Assembly (NCBI RefSeq): GCF_044704955.1
Contig: NW_027252889.1
Span: 496,001-560,000 of the forward strand
DNA length: 64,000 nucleotides
Source of the DNA: Pristiophorus japonicus
Lineage: Eukaryota
Reading direction: 5' to 3'
A program made the position numbers and the translations under genes. Positions 1-13,109 of the stretch are shown piece after piece (position 1 is the stretch's first letter; each line of letters starts with the position of its first letter). The notes below the pieces were generated by a model that was not told where the DNA came from, did no database searches, and worked only from the letters and a program-made list of their open reading frames with translations.

Positions 1-2763
1 CTCAACATCCAAGGGTATTCAACATTTAGGAAGGATAGACAGAAAGGAAAAGGAGGCGGGGTAACGTTGCTGGTTAAAGAGGAAATTACTGCAATTGTAA
101 GGAAAGACATTAGCTTGGATGATGTGGAATCGGTATGGGCGGAGCTACGGAATACCAAGGGGCAGAAAACGCTAGTGGGAGTTGTGTACAGACCTCCAAA
201 CAGTAGTAGTGATGTTGGGGAGGGCATCAAACAGGAAATTAGGGGTGCATGCAATAAAGGTGCAGCAGTTATCATGCGTGACTTTAATATGCACATAGAT
301 TGGGCTAAGCAAACTGGAAACAATACGGTGAAGGAGAATTTCCTGGAGTGCAGAAGGAATGGTTTTCTAGACCAATATGTCGAGGAACCAACTAGTGGGG
401 AGGCCATCTTAGACTGGGTGTTGTGTAATTAGAGAGGATTAATTAGCAATCTCGTTGTGCGAGGCCCTTTGGGGAAGAGTGACCATAACATGGTGGAATT
501 CTACATTAGGATGGAGAATGAAACAGTTAATTCAGAGACCATGGTCCAGAACTTAAAGAAGGGTAACTTTGAAGGTATGAGGCGTGAATTGGCTAGGATA
601 GATTGGCGAATGATACTAAAGGGGTTGACAGTGGATGGGCAATGGCAGACATTTAGAGACCACATGGATGAACTACAACAATTGTACATCCCTGTCTGGT
701 GAAAAAATAAAAAAGGGAAGGTGGCTCAACCGTGGCTATCAAGGGAAATCAGGGATAGTATTAAAGCCAAGGAAGTGGCATACAAATTGACCAGAAATAG
801 CAGCGACCCCGGGGACTGGGAGAAATTTAGAACTCAGCAGAGGAGGACAAAGGGTTTGATTAGGGCAGGGAAAATGGAGTACGAGAAGAAGCTTGCAGGG
901 AACATTAAAATGGACTGCAAAAGCTTCTATAGATATGTAAAGAGAAAAAGGTTAGGAAAGACAAACGCAGGTCCTCTGCAGTCAGAATCAGGGGAAGTCA
1001 TAACTGGGAACAAAGAAATGGCGGACCAATTGAACAAGTACTTGGGTTCGGTATTCACTAAGGAGGACACAAACAACCTTCCGGATATAAAAGAGGTCAG
1101 AGAGTCTCATAAGAAGGAGGAACTGAGGGAAATCCTAATTAGTCAGGAAATTGTGTTAGGGAAACTGATGGGATTGAAGGCCGATAAATCCCCAGGGCCT
1201 GATGATCTGCATCCCAGAATACTTAAGGAGGTGGCCTTGGAAATAGTGGATGCATTGAGTCATTTTCCAACATTCTATAGATTCTGGATCAGTTCCTATG
1301 GAGTGGAGGGTAGCCAATGTAACCCCACTTTTTAAAAAAGGAGGGAAGAGAGAAAACAGGGAATTATAGACTGGTCAGCCTGACATCGGTAGTGGGGAAT
1401 TTGTTGGAATCAATTATTAAGGATGTCATAGCAGCGCATTTGGAAAGAGGTGACATGATAGGTCCAAGTCAGCATGGATTTGTGAAAGGGAAATCATGCT
1501 TGACAAATCTTCTGGAATTTTTTGAGGATGTTTCCAGTAGAGTGGACAACTAGTTAATGTGGTGTATTTGGACTTTCAGAAGGCTTTCGAGAAAGTCCCA
1601 CACAAGAGATTAATGTGCAAAGTTAAAGCACATGGGATTGGGGGTAGTGTGCTGACATGGATTGAGAACTGGTTGTCAGACAGGAAGCAAAGAGTAGGAG
1701 TAAATGGGTACTTTTCAGAATGGCAGGCAGTGACTAGTGGGGTACCGCAAGGTTCTGTGCTGGGGCCCCAGCTGTTTACATTGTACATTAATGATTTAGA
1801 CAAGGGGATTAAATGTAGTATCTCCAAATTTGCGGATGACACTAAGTTGGGTGGCAGTGTGAGCTGCGAGGAGGATGCTATGAGACTGCAGAGTGACTTG
1901 GATAGGTTAGGTAAGCGGGCAAATGCATGGCAGATGAAGTATAAAGTGGATAAATGTGAGGTTATCCACTTTGGTGGTAAAAACAGAGAGACAGACTATT
2001 ATTTGAATGGTGACAGATTAGGAAAAGGGGAGGTGCAACGAGACCTGGGTGTCATGGTACATCAGTCATTAAAGGCTGGCATGCAGGTACAGCAGGCGGT
2101 TAAGAAAGCAAATGGCATGTTGGCCTTCATAGCGAGGGGATTTGAGTACAGGGGCAGGGAGGTATTGCTACAGTTATACAGGGCCTTGGTGAGGCCACAC
2201 CTGGAGTATTGTGCACAGTTTTGGTCTCCTAACTTGAGGAAGGACATTCTTGCTATTGAGGGAGTGCAGCGAAGATTCACCAGACTGATTCCTGGGATGG
2301 CGGGACTGACATATCAAGAAAGACTGGATCAACTGGGCTTGTATTCACTGGAGGTCAGAAGAATGAGAGAGGATCTCGTAGAAATATTGAAAATTCTGAC
2401 GGGTTTAAGACAGGTTAGATGCAGGAAGAATGTTCCCAAGAATGTTGGGGAAGTCCAGAACCAGGGGTCACAGTCTAAGCATAAGGGGTAAGCCATTTAG
2501 GACCGAGATGAGGAGAAACTTCTTCACCCAGGGAGTGGTGAACCTGTGGAATTCTCTACCACAGGAAGTTGTTGAGGCCAATTCACTGAATATATTCAAA
2601 AAGGAGTTAGATGTAGTCCTTACTACTAGGGGGATCAAGGGGTATGGCGAGAAAGAAGGAATGGGGTACTGAAGTTGTATGTTCAGCCATGAACTCATTG
2701 AATGGCGCTGCATGCTCGAAGGGCTGAATGGCCTACTCCTGCACCTATTTTCTATGTTTCTAT
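1..2763 (+). mobile_element. CR1 LINE, ORF2 (endonuclease + RT), decayed, 5' part outside window
   Basis: ORFs 67-2672 carry VGVVYRPP, DFN, KSPGPD, YLDFQKAF, GVPQGSVLGP, KFADDTK, RPHLEYC with stops and frameshifts; ends in ttctatgtttcta tail. Confidence 0.95.
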
Positions 2764-3769
2764 TGCAGACTGCTCAATGAACCCTCCAACTCTCCACTTC
2801 TCTCTCCAACTTTAGAAACCGTTACAAAAACCCATCATTTTGACCAGCATTTCCGACACTTCTACCAATTTCTTCCTTGACGGCTTGGTGCCTGTCGCCC
2901 TAGTTCCATTGTTGTGAAGCACTTTGAGACAATTATGTGAAAGGAGCTTTGTAAATGCAAGTGTTTGTTGTCTTCCACCTGCGCTGCCTTTATGTCGATC
3001 TAATTCCCACTGAAATCACTGTCACACTGACTCAATGTCAGACTGGAGGGGCGGTGCTCCGCAGCCAGTGCACAAGCAGCGCGGGATGGGGCAGGCGGTC
3101 CGGGTGCAACAGATGCAGCCGGAGAAGACATCTGAAATATTTTCAGGTTGTGTTGAAAGCCTGCGTGGATTCATTATACCCTGAGAAATATGTAAATAGA
3201 TGTCACTCAGTCCCATGGTGAATCCCCACGTGTCCTCACTTGGTGCCTTTTGCTTGCCCGTTTATAATGGACACTTGTGGTCTTCCCAGCTGCTCACCGC
3301 AGAATGTCCACTCGAAGCTGGGACAGAGGGACCGATTTTGGAAAGTTGTTTTTTTCCCCTCCATCTCCTGTACCGCTGTTTCTGCATCGTTGTCCGTGCA
3401 ATAGTTCTTTTCTGATGTTTCCTTTTTGCACAGCCCTCCAGCCACTGTATTGTTGCTGTCAAGCTGTGAATCTCTTCTCTAACCATACTGCTCTGCACGG
3501 AGGCTCACTGGGCCTTGCCAGTGGCTCCTGTGGATTTGGAGGTGGAAGAGGAGTTCAGGGAGGGGGCAGAATGAGTGATGGACTTGTACCTCAGGTGCCT
3601 GGCAGCCACTCGGAATTGGCCCTGGCACACCTAGTTGGCCAAGTCCGTGGAGACCTGCATTTGCCCCTTCTGCCACACATGAAAGTCTGTGACACAGTTG
3701 GACCTGTTATATTCTTGGGTCTCTTGCTCTGGATCCTTCAGCTTCTAAAGTTTTAGATTCATAGGCGAA

Positions 3770-4160
3770 TCCCCTCGGCCCCAGCAACATCTTCAATGGC
3801 TCTGATATACATAGAAGTTACAACATGTGTCACCTGCCCTAATATCTCCTCATGTGGCTCGGTGTCAAATGTTGTCTGATAACGCTCCTGTGAAGCTCCT
3901 TGAGACATTTTACTATGTTAAAGGCGCTGTATAAATACAAGTTGTTGTAGCTTGGGGAGGACAGAGCCAGATCAGTAATTCCCTCATGTTGGTCCTCTCA
4001 CCAGTTGCCGCAAGCCCAGTCTGGCAGCAATGTCCCTCAGGACTCGGCCAGCTCGGTCAGTGCTGGTACTCCCGAGTCTTGGTGATGGACATTGAAGCTG
4101 CCTAGCCAGAGTACATTCTGTGCCCTTGCTACCCTCAGTCCTTTCTCCAAGTGGTGCTTA
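3770..4160 (-). mobile_element. old LINE endonuclease fragment with SINE/L2-tail piece (3840-3950)
   Basis: Minus-strand HHLEKGLRVARAQNVLWLGSFNVHHQ resembles the APE GDFN region; the ctcctgtgaagc...aagttgttg tail recurs throughout the window; boundaries approximate. Confidence 0.55.
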
Positions 4161-4503
4161 TACAAAGTGTGCACTTGCCTTTCAAAGTGGTACCTGGCAT
4201 TGGACACGAGGAAACAATTTATTTGCATAGACTTTTTTGAGAAGGCAAAAAAGATAATTTCAGGAGACCAGAGCTCTGCCAGGAATCTCGCTGCCAGATA
4301 GTCGGAAAATCGTGGGCGGCATCTGCTGAACCTTCCATATATTGTCCCAGTGGGCGAGACTTCCAACATTACTCCTTTACAGTCACACTATAGTCGTACA
4401 TCGATGTGTTTGTTTAAATCATAAATTGTTAGTTCACAGACCTCAGGCTTCCTACCAGGTTGGCCATGTTCTCTCTCTGGGTCACACCCTCCCAAACCGT
4501 CAA

Positions 4504-5500
4504 CAGTCTGTTTGTATTGGGTACATTCCAGACCCACTGCAGTCTGTGTGTATTGGGTACATTCCAGACCCACTGCAGTCTGTGTGTATTGGGTACATTC
4601 CAGACCCACTACAGTCTGTGTGTATTGGGTACATTCCAGACCCACTACAGTCTGTGTGTGTTGGACACATTCCAGACACACTACAGTCTGTGTGTATTGG
4701 GTACATTCCAGACCCACTGCAGTCTGTGTGTATTGGGTACATTCCAGACCCACTACAGTCTGTGTGCACTGGGTACATTCCAGACCCACTACAGTCTGTG
4801 TCTATTGGGTACATTCCAGACTCACTATAGTCTGTGTGTATTGGGTACATTCCAGACCCACTACAGTCTGTGTGTATTGGGTACATTCCAGACCCACTAC
4901 AGTCTGTGTGTATTGGGTACATTCCAGACCCATTACAGTCTGTGTGTATTGGGTACATTCCAGACCCACGACAGTCTGTGTGTATTGTGTACATTGCAGA
5001 CCCACTACAGTCTGTGTGTATTGTGTACATTCCAGACCCACTACAGTCTGTGTGTATTGGGTACATTCCAGACCCACTACAGTCTGTGTGTATTGGGTAC
5101 ATTCCAGAACCACTACAGTCTGTGTGTATTGGGTACATTCCAGAACCACTACAGTCTGTGTGTATTGGGTACATTCCAGACCCACTACAGTCTGTGTGTA
5201 TTGGGTACATTCCAGACCCACTACAGTCTGTGTGTATTGGGTACATTCCAGACCCACTACAGTCTGTGTGTATTGGGTACATTCCAGAACCACTACAGTC
5301 TGTGTGTATTGGGTACATTCCAGAACCACTACAGTCTGTGTGTATTGGGTACATTCCAGACCCACTACAGTCTGTGTGTATTGGGTACATTCCAGACCCA
5401 CGACAGTCTGTGTGTATTGGGTACATTCCAGACCCACTACAGTCTGTGTGTATTGTGCACATTCCAGACCCACTACAGTCTGTGTGTATTGGGTACATTC
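4504..5500. repeat. 36-bp minisatellite, ~28 copies
   Basis: Unit cagtctgtgtgtattgggtacattccagacccacta; explains the periodic ORFs on both strands. Confidence 0.97.
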
Positions 5501-5794
5501 CGGGCCCACGGACGAGTTTCTCACGGGACTCTATTATTAAATATTTTCTGGCTTTCAACTCCAAAACGAGACGCAGTACTTTGCCGCCCAGCCATTCTGA
5601 AAGCGGATTGCACATTCCTGAATTAATTAACAGGCTGAAGGATGGTGTATTGCAGCTTGGAAAGGGTCGAGGGCTCATTTGTTTGCATTGATGAGTGCAG
5701 ATTTAGTCACTCAGAGATGCATTGTTTTATATATATACCCTGTCAATATCCTGATTTAACCAGGTATGTCACCATTATTCCTATTACTGCACTT

Positions 5795-6998
5795 GTTTTA
5801 TGTGGCGGTCGGAAGAGAGGGCTGTGGCTGGTGAGGTGACCAGGGTCAGGGACCTGCTCGATGGCGGAGGAGCGGGCTGGATGACGCCAGACACGCTGGC
5901 GCGGCGCCTAAATTCTGCCAACGTCCGCCACGCGGCCGATGCCATCGAGTCGCTAAAAACAGCTCTGGGCCCTGACTCCGTTAGGTGCATCGAGGAGGCT
6001 CAAGCACGTGGGGAGATCCCGTCCGAACTGACCCCCGTCCGGACGGAATTCCTCATCGGCGCCAAACCCCGGAACCTTCCTCGGGGGCCGGCGCCTCACA
6101 ACTTGAGCCGCCTCGGGGAAATCCCCTCCGTGCCTTTCAGTTCCGCGCGGAGGGGTTTCATGTACGGGCTGCTCCTGCACACTCTCAACTTTGCCATCCT
6201 CGCCTGCCGTCCGGACACGCCATGGCGTACCATCTTGCCGTCCTGAGGAGGCGGGGGTCCCCGATGGAGGGCACTCTACGCAGGGGTCCTCCCACTATTC
6301 GTCGGGGACTTGGCCTGGAGGGTGGTGCACGGAGCAGTGCCGTGCAACAAATTTTTAAGCCGGTTCACGGACTCCCAGGCCGCCTGCAATTTCTGCGGTC
6401 TGGAGGAGTCCGTGTTCCATGTTTTTATTGAGTGCACGAGGTAGCAGCCCCTGTTCCATTATTTGAAGGGGCTGCTCCTGAAATTCTGGCTGCACTTCAG
6501 TCCCACTCTCCTGATCTTTGGGCACCCTGTGCGGAGGGGAGCGGGTAGGTCCGAAGGCCTCCTCGTAGGACTGCTCCTGGGCACGGCCAAGGGTGCCATC
6601 AGCCGGTCCAGGCAGCGGGCGGTCGAGGGGGTCGTTCAACCTGACTGCCTGCCTCTCTTCCGCTCTTACATCCGGTCCAGGGTGTCCTTGGAGATGGAGC
6701 ACGCGGTGTCCACCGGTACGCTCGCGGCCTTCCGCGAGAGGTGGGCACCGGAGGGACTGGAGTGCATCATCACGCCCGGCAACCAAATTTTAGTTTGATT
6801 TTACGTTTTTAAGTTTAATTTGTTTTAATTGCCGGTGCTTTTAGTGTCCCCCTTCCCTTTTATAGGGGGCACTGGGGAAAATTGTGATTTTAGTGCCAAA
6901 AAAAAAAAAAAAAGGGCCTTGTAAATGTCTGGTGTGTCACCCAGGTCGGGTGGCACGGTTTAATGTGTTTTGTTTTGCAGATAAACTCCAAAAAGAGT
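5795..6998 (+). mobile_element. 5'-truncated Tx1 (L1 superfamily) LINE with 11-bp TSD
   Basis: ORF2 C-terminus with C-x2-C...ESVFHVFIEC zinc motif; T/A-rich 3' UTR; TSD ttactgcactt at 5784-5794 and 6999-7009; empty site in the paralogous intron at 60064-60074. Confidence 0.9.
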
Positions 6999-7254
6999 TT
7001 ACTGCACTTTTCCCTCAACATGTATTTTCCCGTTGAATCCTGTGTGTGAGGTTTTGTCCCACCATGTGCTCACTTAAACAAATTAAAAACAAATGGAGTT
7101 TGTCCCAGATTTCACCCTCCATTCTGTACTTAGAATTTCCACTCAGTGTTGTTACTGTAAAAGTGACAACGTTGTACAACATTTACTTACACATGAGATG
7201 TTGGTATTGTAACATTATTAGATATCAAACCAATATAATGTAGAATATACTTAC

Positions 7255-7608
7255 TGGTTATGTTCAGCCGGGTTCCATTTCCATAGATTGTTCCCCAAAT
7301 ACCACAGATATAGACAGCGCTGTCTCTGCGCTCCACGCCTCTGATGGTCAGAATGCAGCTGTTACTGGCAACATCTCTGGAAAGCTGAAACCGCTCAGAG
7401 ACACCTTGTGATCGGTAAACCCAGCCATCTACATAATGAGTAAATATTTTGTGTTTCCTATCCTGTGAGAGGTACCAGTGTACAGTATATTTATCCACAC
7501 GGTGATTCACATTGCTGCTCTCCAGGGTACACCCAAACTGCACCGTCCCACCCTCGGGCACCGTCACAACTTCTGGGGACTGGATAAGAACCGGACTTGC
7601 CTTTCGAC
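7255..7608 (-). CDS. Gene A exon 2: germline-joined V-J Ig domain (IgSF V-set, PRARP/VJC1-like)
   Basis: Acceptor ttatttactattcacAG and donor A|GTAAGT, both phase 1; 354 nt open; (G)RKASPVLIQSP...FGC...HWY...SERFQLSRD...LTI...DSAVYIC-GIWGTI-YGNGTRLNIT; no RSS. Confidence 0.93.
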
Positions 7609-7715
7609 CTGTGAATAGTAAATAACTGAGGATCAGAACAGATGAGGAACAACATGAAGTAATAAGTTGAAACCGAAGTGATTATAAAATCTCCTGTGTG
7701 TTTGCGAATGGATAT

Positions 7716-8322
7716 TGGTCTGAAATCCCACTCCTCTGTTTCCCGCGGGCGCTCGACAGAAAATGGTAAAAAAGATGCGCACCGACCTTTTCCTGCTGCG
7801 CCCACCAGAGATCCCGGTCCTGAGGCCTACTCTCCCTGCACATCGGAGCGTGTGTCTGTCAGGACGGATGTATGTTGGAGCTGGAGTGACATGGCACTGG
7901 GCAGCCAATCCAGGTCAAGTATTTTCTCATTCATAATAATGGGAACTCGGTCAGTAGGAGTTCTCATTATGATTGAGAAACACTGCCCCCCAACATCCAA
8001 ACACAAGTAAAAAATAGAAAAAACACATCACATATTTAAGATTGATTTTAATTAAAGTTAATAAATGTCTTCGAAAAAAATATTATTTTTCAAACTTTTT
8101 TTAAAAAGATTTTTCATTATGGTTTAAAATAAACTTCCCTTAGTGGACAGTGTTTTTAACATTAAAATATGCTTTTTAAATGTTATTGTTACATGTTTTT
8201 GTATGTTTCAAAGCTGGTTTTCTGCACATGCGCATTGCACACCGAAAACCGGCTTTTGTGATGCCTTCCCCGGTCCGTACACACTCCGGACAGACTCAGG
8301 GAGGCCGGGATATCTGTCCCAA
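7716..8322. mobile_element. degenerate non-autonomous DNA element (MITE-like)
   Basis: GC-rich ends with an AT-rich core and weak terminal inverted similarity; architecture like 23224-24982. Confidence 0.35.
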
Positions 8323-8904
8323 TGTGTATTATCAGTAATTTGTAGCCGAGTTGTTCAAACATATCCTGAGCTTAGCTGTCCCACATTGCCCTGTACTGAC
8401 CAACAATCCCAGTGTGAACAGGCAGCCCAAAAACACACACACTGCAACTGAACTCAGAACTCCTGCTGTGGATATGTTCTTTGTTGCCTTTACCACGGAG
8501 GTTGGTACAACAAGGATCAGAAAATCAGGTAAAAAGCTGCCAGTTTTAGTAATATTTTGCGATACCCAACACAAGATTCTGATGTAGGTTCAGATACAGA
8601 AGGCTCTCGGTCCACTTCATCTCATCCTTCCAGAATTCCAATACTACCATCGTCCCATTGCAGCGTCCAGCGGTTTGTAAACCTGTCCCGTGTTCTGGCC
8701 TCGCCTGGGAACCTGTTCCAGCTTTTGATCACCGTCTTCAAATAACTGAGTCCTGAACTTGGCCTTTACAATCCTGACTGTGCCCTCCTGCCCTGGTTAT
8801 ATCTGAAAGTATTGTTCTGGGTTTGCTTTACCTACCCCACAACACGTGCTGTCCTTCCCCTGGGGCACGGGTACCTCCTATTGTTTATTTCCAATATTTT
8901 TATT

Positions 8905-9725
8905 CATTTATTCGTGGGCATCGCCGGCAAGGCCAGCATTTATTGCCCATCCCTAATTGCCTTAGAGAAGGAGGTGGTGAGCCGCCTTATACAACTGAGA
9001 GCAAGTGCTCTACTCGGAACTCCGACACGGCAAGGGAGCCCCAGATGGGCAGAGGAAACGTTTCAAGGACACCCTCAAAGCCTCCCTGATAAAATGCAAC
9101 ATCCCCACTGGCATCTGGGAATCCCTGGCCCAAAGACCGCCCTAAGTGGAGGAAGAGCATCCGGGAGGGCGTTGAGCATCTCGAGTCTCGTCGCCGAGAG
9201 CGTGCAGAAACCAAGCGCAGGTAGCAGAAGGAGAGTGCGGCAAACCAGTCCCATCCACCCTTTCCTTCAACCACTGTGTGTCCCACCTGTGACAGAGACT
9301 GTAATTCCTGTATTAGACTGTTCAGTCACCAGAGAACTCACTTCTCGAGTGGAAGCAAGTCTTCCTTGATTCCGAGGGACTGCCTGTGATGATGATGACA
9401 ACTGAGTGGCTTTTTAGACCATTTCAGAGGGCAGTTAAGGGTCAACCACATTGCACTGGGTCTGGAGTCACATATAGGCCAGACCGGGCAAGGACGGCAG
9501 ATTTCCTTCCCTAAAGGCCATTAATGAACCAGATGGGTTTTTATGACAATCCGGTGGTTTCATGGTCACCATTACTGACACTGGCTTTTTATTCCAGATT
9601 TATTTATTCACTGAATTTAAATTCCCCAGCGGCCGTGGTGGGATTTGAACTCATGTCTCTGGATCATTAATCCAGGCCTCTGGATTACTCATCCAATGAT
9701 ATAACCACTATGCTACCGTTCCCGA
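8905..9725 (-). mobile_element. SINE interrupted by an RTE 3' fragment (~8995-9400, + strand)
   Basis: tRNA-like head near 9640-9720; the insert matches the 3' end of the RTE at 34030-34400 and ends in tgatgatgatga. Confidence 0.65.
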
Positions 9726-9825
9726 TATATACGGCACCTTTCATTTATTCTTACTGAACACCATTCATCATTAATCAGCCCAGCTGGGAAGCTTGTTGAG
9801 CTCTTTGTGAGATCTTGGCTGCGTC

Positions 9826-10432
9826 CACTGAATCCACCCCCCCCACCCCCCGAGTCCACCTCCCCCCCCGTCCCCGCTCAATCCACACTCCCCCCACCCC
9901 CTGAGTCCACCCCCCCCACCCCCCGAGTCCACCCCCTCCGTCCCTGCTCAATCCACACTCTCCCCCACCCCCTGAGTCCACCCCCCCCACCCCCCGAGTC
10001 CACCCCCCCCCCGTCCCTGCTCAATCCACCCCCCCCCACCCCCTGAGTCCACCCCCCCCGTCCCCGCTCAATCCACACTCTCCCCCCACCCCCCGAGTCC
10101 ACCGCCCCCCACCCCCGCTCAATCCACACACTCCCCCCCCACCCCCTGAGTCCACCGCCCCCCACCCCCGCTCAATCAACACTCCCCCCCCCACCCTGAG
10201 TCCACCTCCCCGTCCCCGCTCAATCCACACTCTCCCCCCACCCCCCGAGTCCACCTCCCCCCACCCCCACTCAATCCACACTCCCCCCCACCCTGAGTCC
10301 ACCGCCCCCCACCCCCGCTCAATCCACAAACTCCCCCCCACCCCCTGAGTCCACCTCCCCCCCGCCCCCGCTCAATCCACACTCTCCCCCCCTCCGCGAA
10401 TCCACAGTTCCTCCCCCCCGACCCCTGCTGAA
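9826..10432. repeat. C-rich compound tandem repeat (G-rich on minus strand)
   Basis: Alternating gagtccacc / ctcaatccac modules separated by C-runs. Confidence 0.9.
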
Positions 10433-10611
10433 TCCACAGTCCCACCCCCCCATCCAAGGCAAGTCAAAAAATCTTTGTGCGGCCACAAATCCCCCTTGCC
10501 CCAAACTCCAACCCACTTCCCCCATTTACCTGGAAATTGTCAGGCCGCCAGGGGCCACCGGATCTTCATCTCCAGCAGACACTCTGTGCCCTCTTCCCAG
10601 CCTGGAGTGGG

Positions 10612-11240
10612 CGGCAGTATTTATACAGACCCGGGAGGTGCAGACATCACTCCCCAAGACCCACTCTGGGTTAAAATCGACCGGCGGTATTTATACAGAC
10701 CCGGGAGGTGCAGAGATCACTCCCCAAGACCCACTCTGGGTTAAAATCGACCGGCAGTATTTATACAGACCCGAGAGGTGCAGAGATCACTCCCCAAGAC
10801 CCACTCTGGGTTAAAATCGACCGGCAGTATTTATACAGACCCGGGAGGTGCAGAGACCACTCCGCTAGACCCACTCTGGGGTAAAATCGACCGGCAGTAT
10901 TTATACAAGGCCCGGGAGATGCAGAGACCACTCCCCAAGACCCACTCTGGGTTAAAATCGACCGACAGTATTTATACAGACCCGGGAGGTGCAGAGATCA
11001 CTGCCCAAGACCCACTCCGGGTTAAAATCGACCGACAGTATTTATACAAGGCCCGGGAGGTGCAGAGATCACTCCCCAAGACCCACTCTGGGTTAAAATC
11101 GACCGGCGGTATTTATACAAGGCCCAGGAGATGCAGAGACCACTCCCCAAGACCCACTAGGGTTAAAATCGACCGGCAGTATTTATACAGATCCGGGAGG
11201 TGCAGAGAGACCACTCCCCAAGACCCACTCCGGGTTAAAG
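10612..11240. repeat. ~70-bp minisatellite, ~9 copies
   Basis: Unit cggcagtatttatacagacccgggaggtgcagagatcactccccaagacccactctgggttaaaatcgac. Confidence 0.95.
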
Positions 11241-12147
11241 ACCCCAGAGAATGACCTGTGAAGTGCTCCGGTGGGGATCTGGAAAAGGTTAAAGGGCAGA
11301 AGTGATGCGTGCAGAAGACAAAAGGAGGCCTAATGGGAGAAATAAAATAAATAAAAGACTTATACGAAACGCAGAGTGTGAGTCGAATGAGAAGAGTGAA
11401 ACACAGGTCTTGCTGCTGTTTAACCTGTGGTCAAATCTGATTTTTAATTTGTTCTGAAAACCTGAGCGATATAGTAAATACAGTTTCAGCAGGAGATCTT
11501 TCCATTCCCAATACAATAAATGTGTTATTTAAAGAGAGAATCCCTTCACAGCACAGGGATGTACAACAGTGACTCCCTTCAGTAGGTACCATTGGCTCAC
11601 TCCATTCCCCCCGAACGTGGCAGCTAACAAACTCCCATTGGAACAGCTATTTCAATTGCTCACTATCTGCAATTTATCTTTTCAAAGTTCCATTATATGT
11701 GTCTTCCCTTGTCCACCGCCCCTCCCTTAGTTCCACATTGGCAGCCACTTGACCAATTAGAATGATGGTTTCTGAATCAGGGTCAATCCTCCAATCCATT
11801 TGTCTCAATCCTTCCCTCATCTCTTTAAATTTAGCAACTATAAAGTTGTAAACCTGGCTCCTGGTCTTTGGTATAATTGGGTCTCAGATAGAAACATACA
11901 CATGATGCAGCCATTCGGCCCATGGTACCTGTGCTGGCCCATTGCAAGAGCTATTTAATTAATCCCATCCCCTGCTCTCTCCCCATAGCCCTGCAGAATT
12001 TTCCTTTTCAAGTATTTATCCAATTTCCTTCTGAAAGTTGTTATTGAATCTGGTTCCACCGCCCTTTCAGGCAGTGCACTCCAGATCATAACAAAGGGGA
12101 GGGGTACTGATGGGGGCAAGGTGGTTCATGGTCAAACATGACAGCCC

Positions 12148-13104
12148 CCTACCATGCTACTCACTGCCTTCCCCACTGCCCCCTACCATGCTACTCACTG
12201 CTTCCCCACTGCCCCATACCATGCTACTCACTGCTTCCCCACTGCCCCATACCATGCTACTGACTGCTTCCCCACTGCCCCATACCATGCTACTCACTGC
12301 TTCCCCACTGCCCCATACCATGCTGCTCACTGCCTTCCCCACTGCTCCATACCATGCTACTCACTGCCTTCCCCACAGCCCCATACCATGCTACTCACTG
12401 CTTCCCCACTGCCCCATACCATGCTACTCACTGCTTCCCCACTGCCCCATACCATGCTACTCACTGCTTCCCCACTGCCCCATACCATGCTACTCACTGC
12501 CTTCCCCACAGCCCCATACCATGCTACTCACTGCCTTCCCCACAGCCCCATACCATGCTACTCACTGCCTTCTCCACTCTCCATACCATGCTACTCACTG
12601 CCTTCCCCACTGCCCCATACCATGCTACTCACTGCTTCCCCACTGCCCCATACCATGCTACTCACTGCCTTCCCCACTGCCCCATACCATGCTACTCACT
12701 GCTTCCCCACTGCCCCATACCATGCTACTCACTGCTTCCCCACTGCCCCATACCATTCTACTCACTGCTTCCCCACTGCCCCATACCATGCTACTCACTG
12801 CTTCCCCACTGCCCCATACCATGCTACTCACTGCCTTCCCCACTGCCCCATACCATGCTACTCACTGCCTTCCCCACTGCCCCATACCATGCTACTCACT
12901 GCTTCCCCACTGCCCCATACCATGCTACTCACTGCTTCCCCACTGCCCCATACTATGCTACTCACTGCCTTCCCCACTGCCCCATACCATGCTACTCACT
13001 GCCTTCCCCACTGCCCCATACCATGCTACTCACTGCCTTCCCCACTGCTCCATACCATGCTACTCACTGCCTTCCCCACTTCCCCATACCATGCTACTCA
13101 CTGC
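12148..13104. repeat. 31/32-bp minisatellite, ~30 copies
   Basis: Unit taccatgctactcactgc(c)ttccccactgcccca. Confidence 0.95.
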
Positions 13105-13109
13105 CTGCC

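Noticed and set aside
3000-3200. Possible downstream exon of gene A after tatttctcAG (minus strand)
   Set aside because: Phase-1 reading stops after 12 codons; other frames show no C1, TM or ITIM signature
4221-4228. Octamer ATTTGCAT (also 42971, 44705) as Ig-type enhancer/promoter
   Set aside because: Three hits in 64 kb is near chance; none lies just upstream of a leader and one is in a SINE tail
4342-5691. Long periodic Cys/His-rich ORFs; CRISPR-like look of the 36-bp period
   Set aside because: Translation of a head-to-tail 36-bp minisatellite with no unique spacers; vertebrate context
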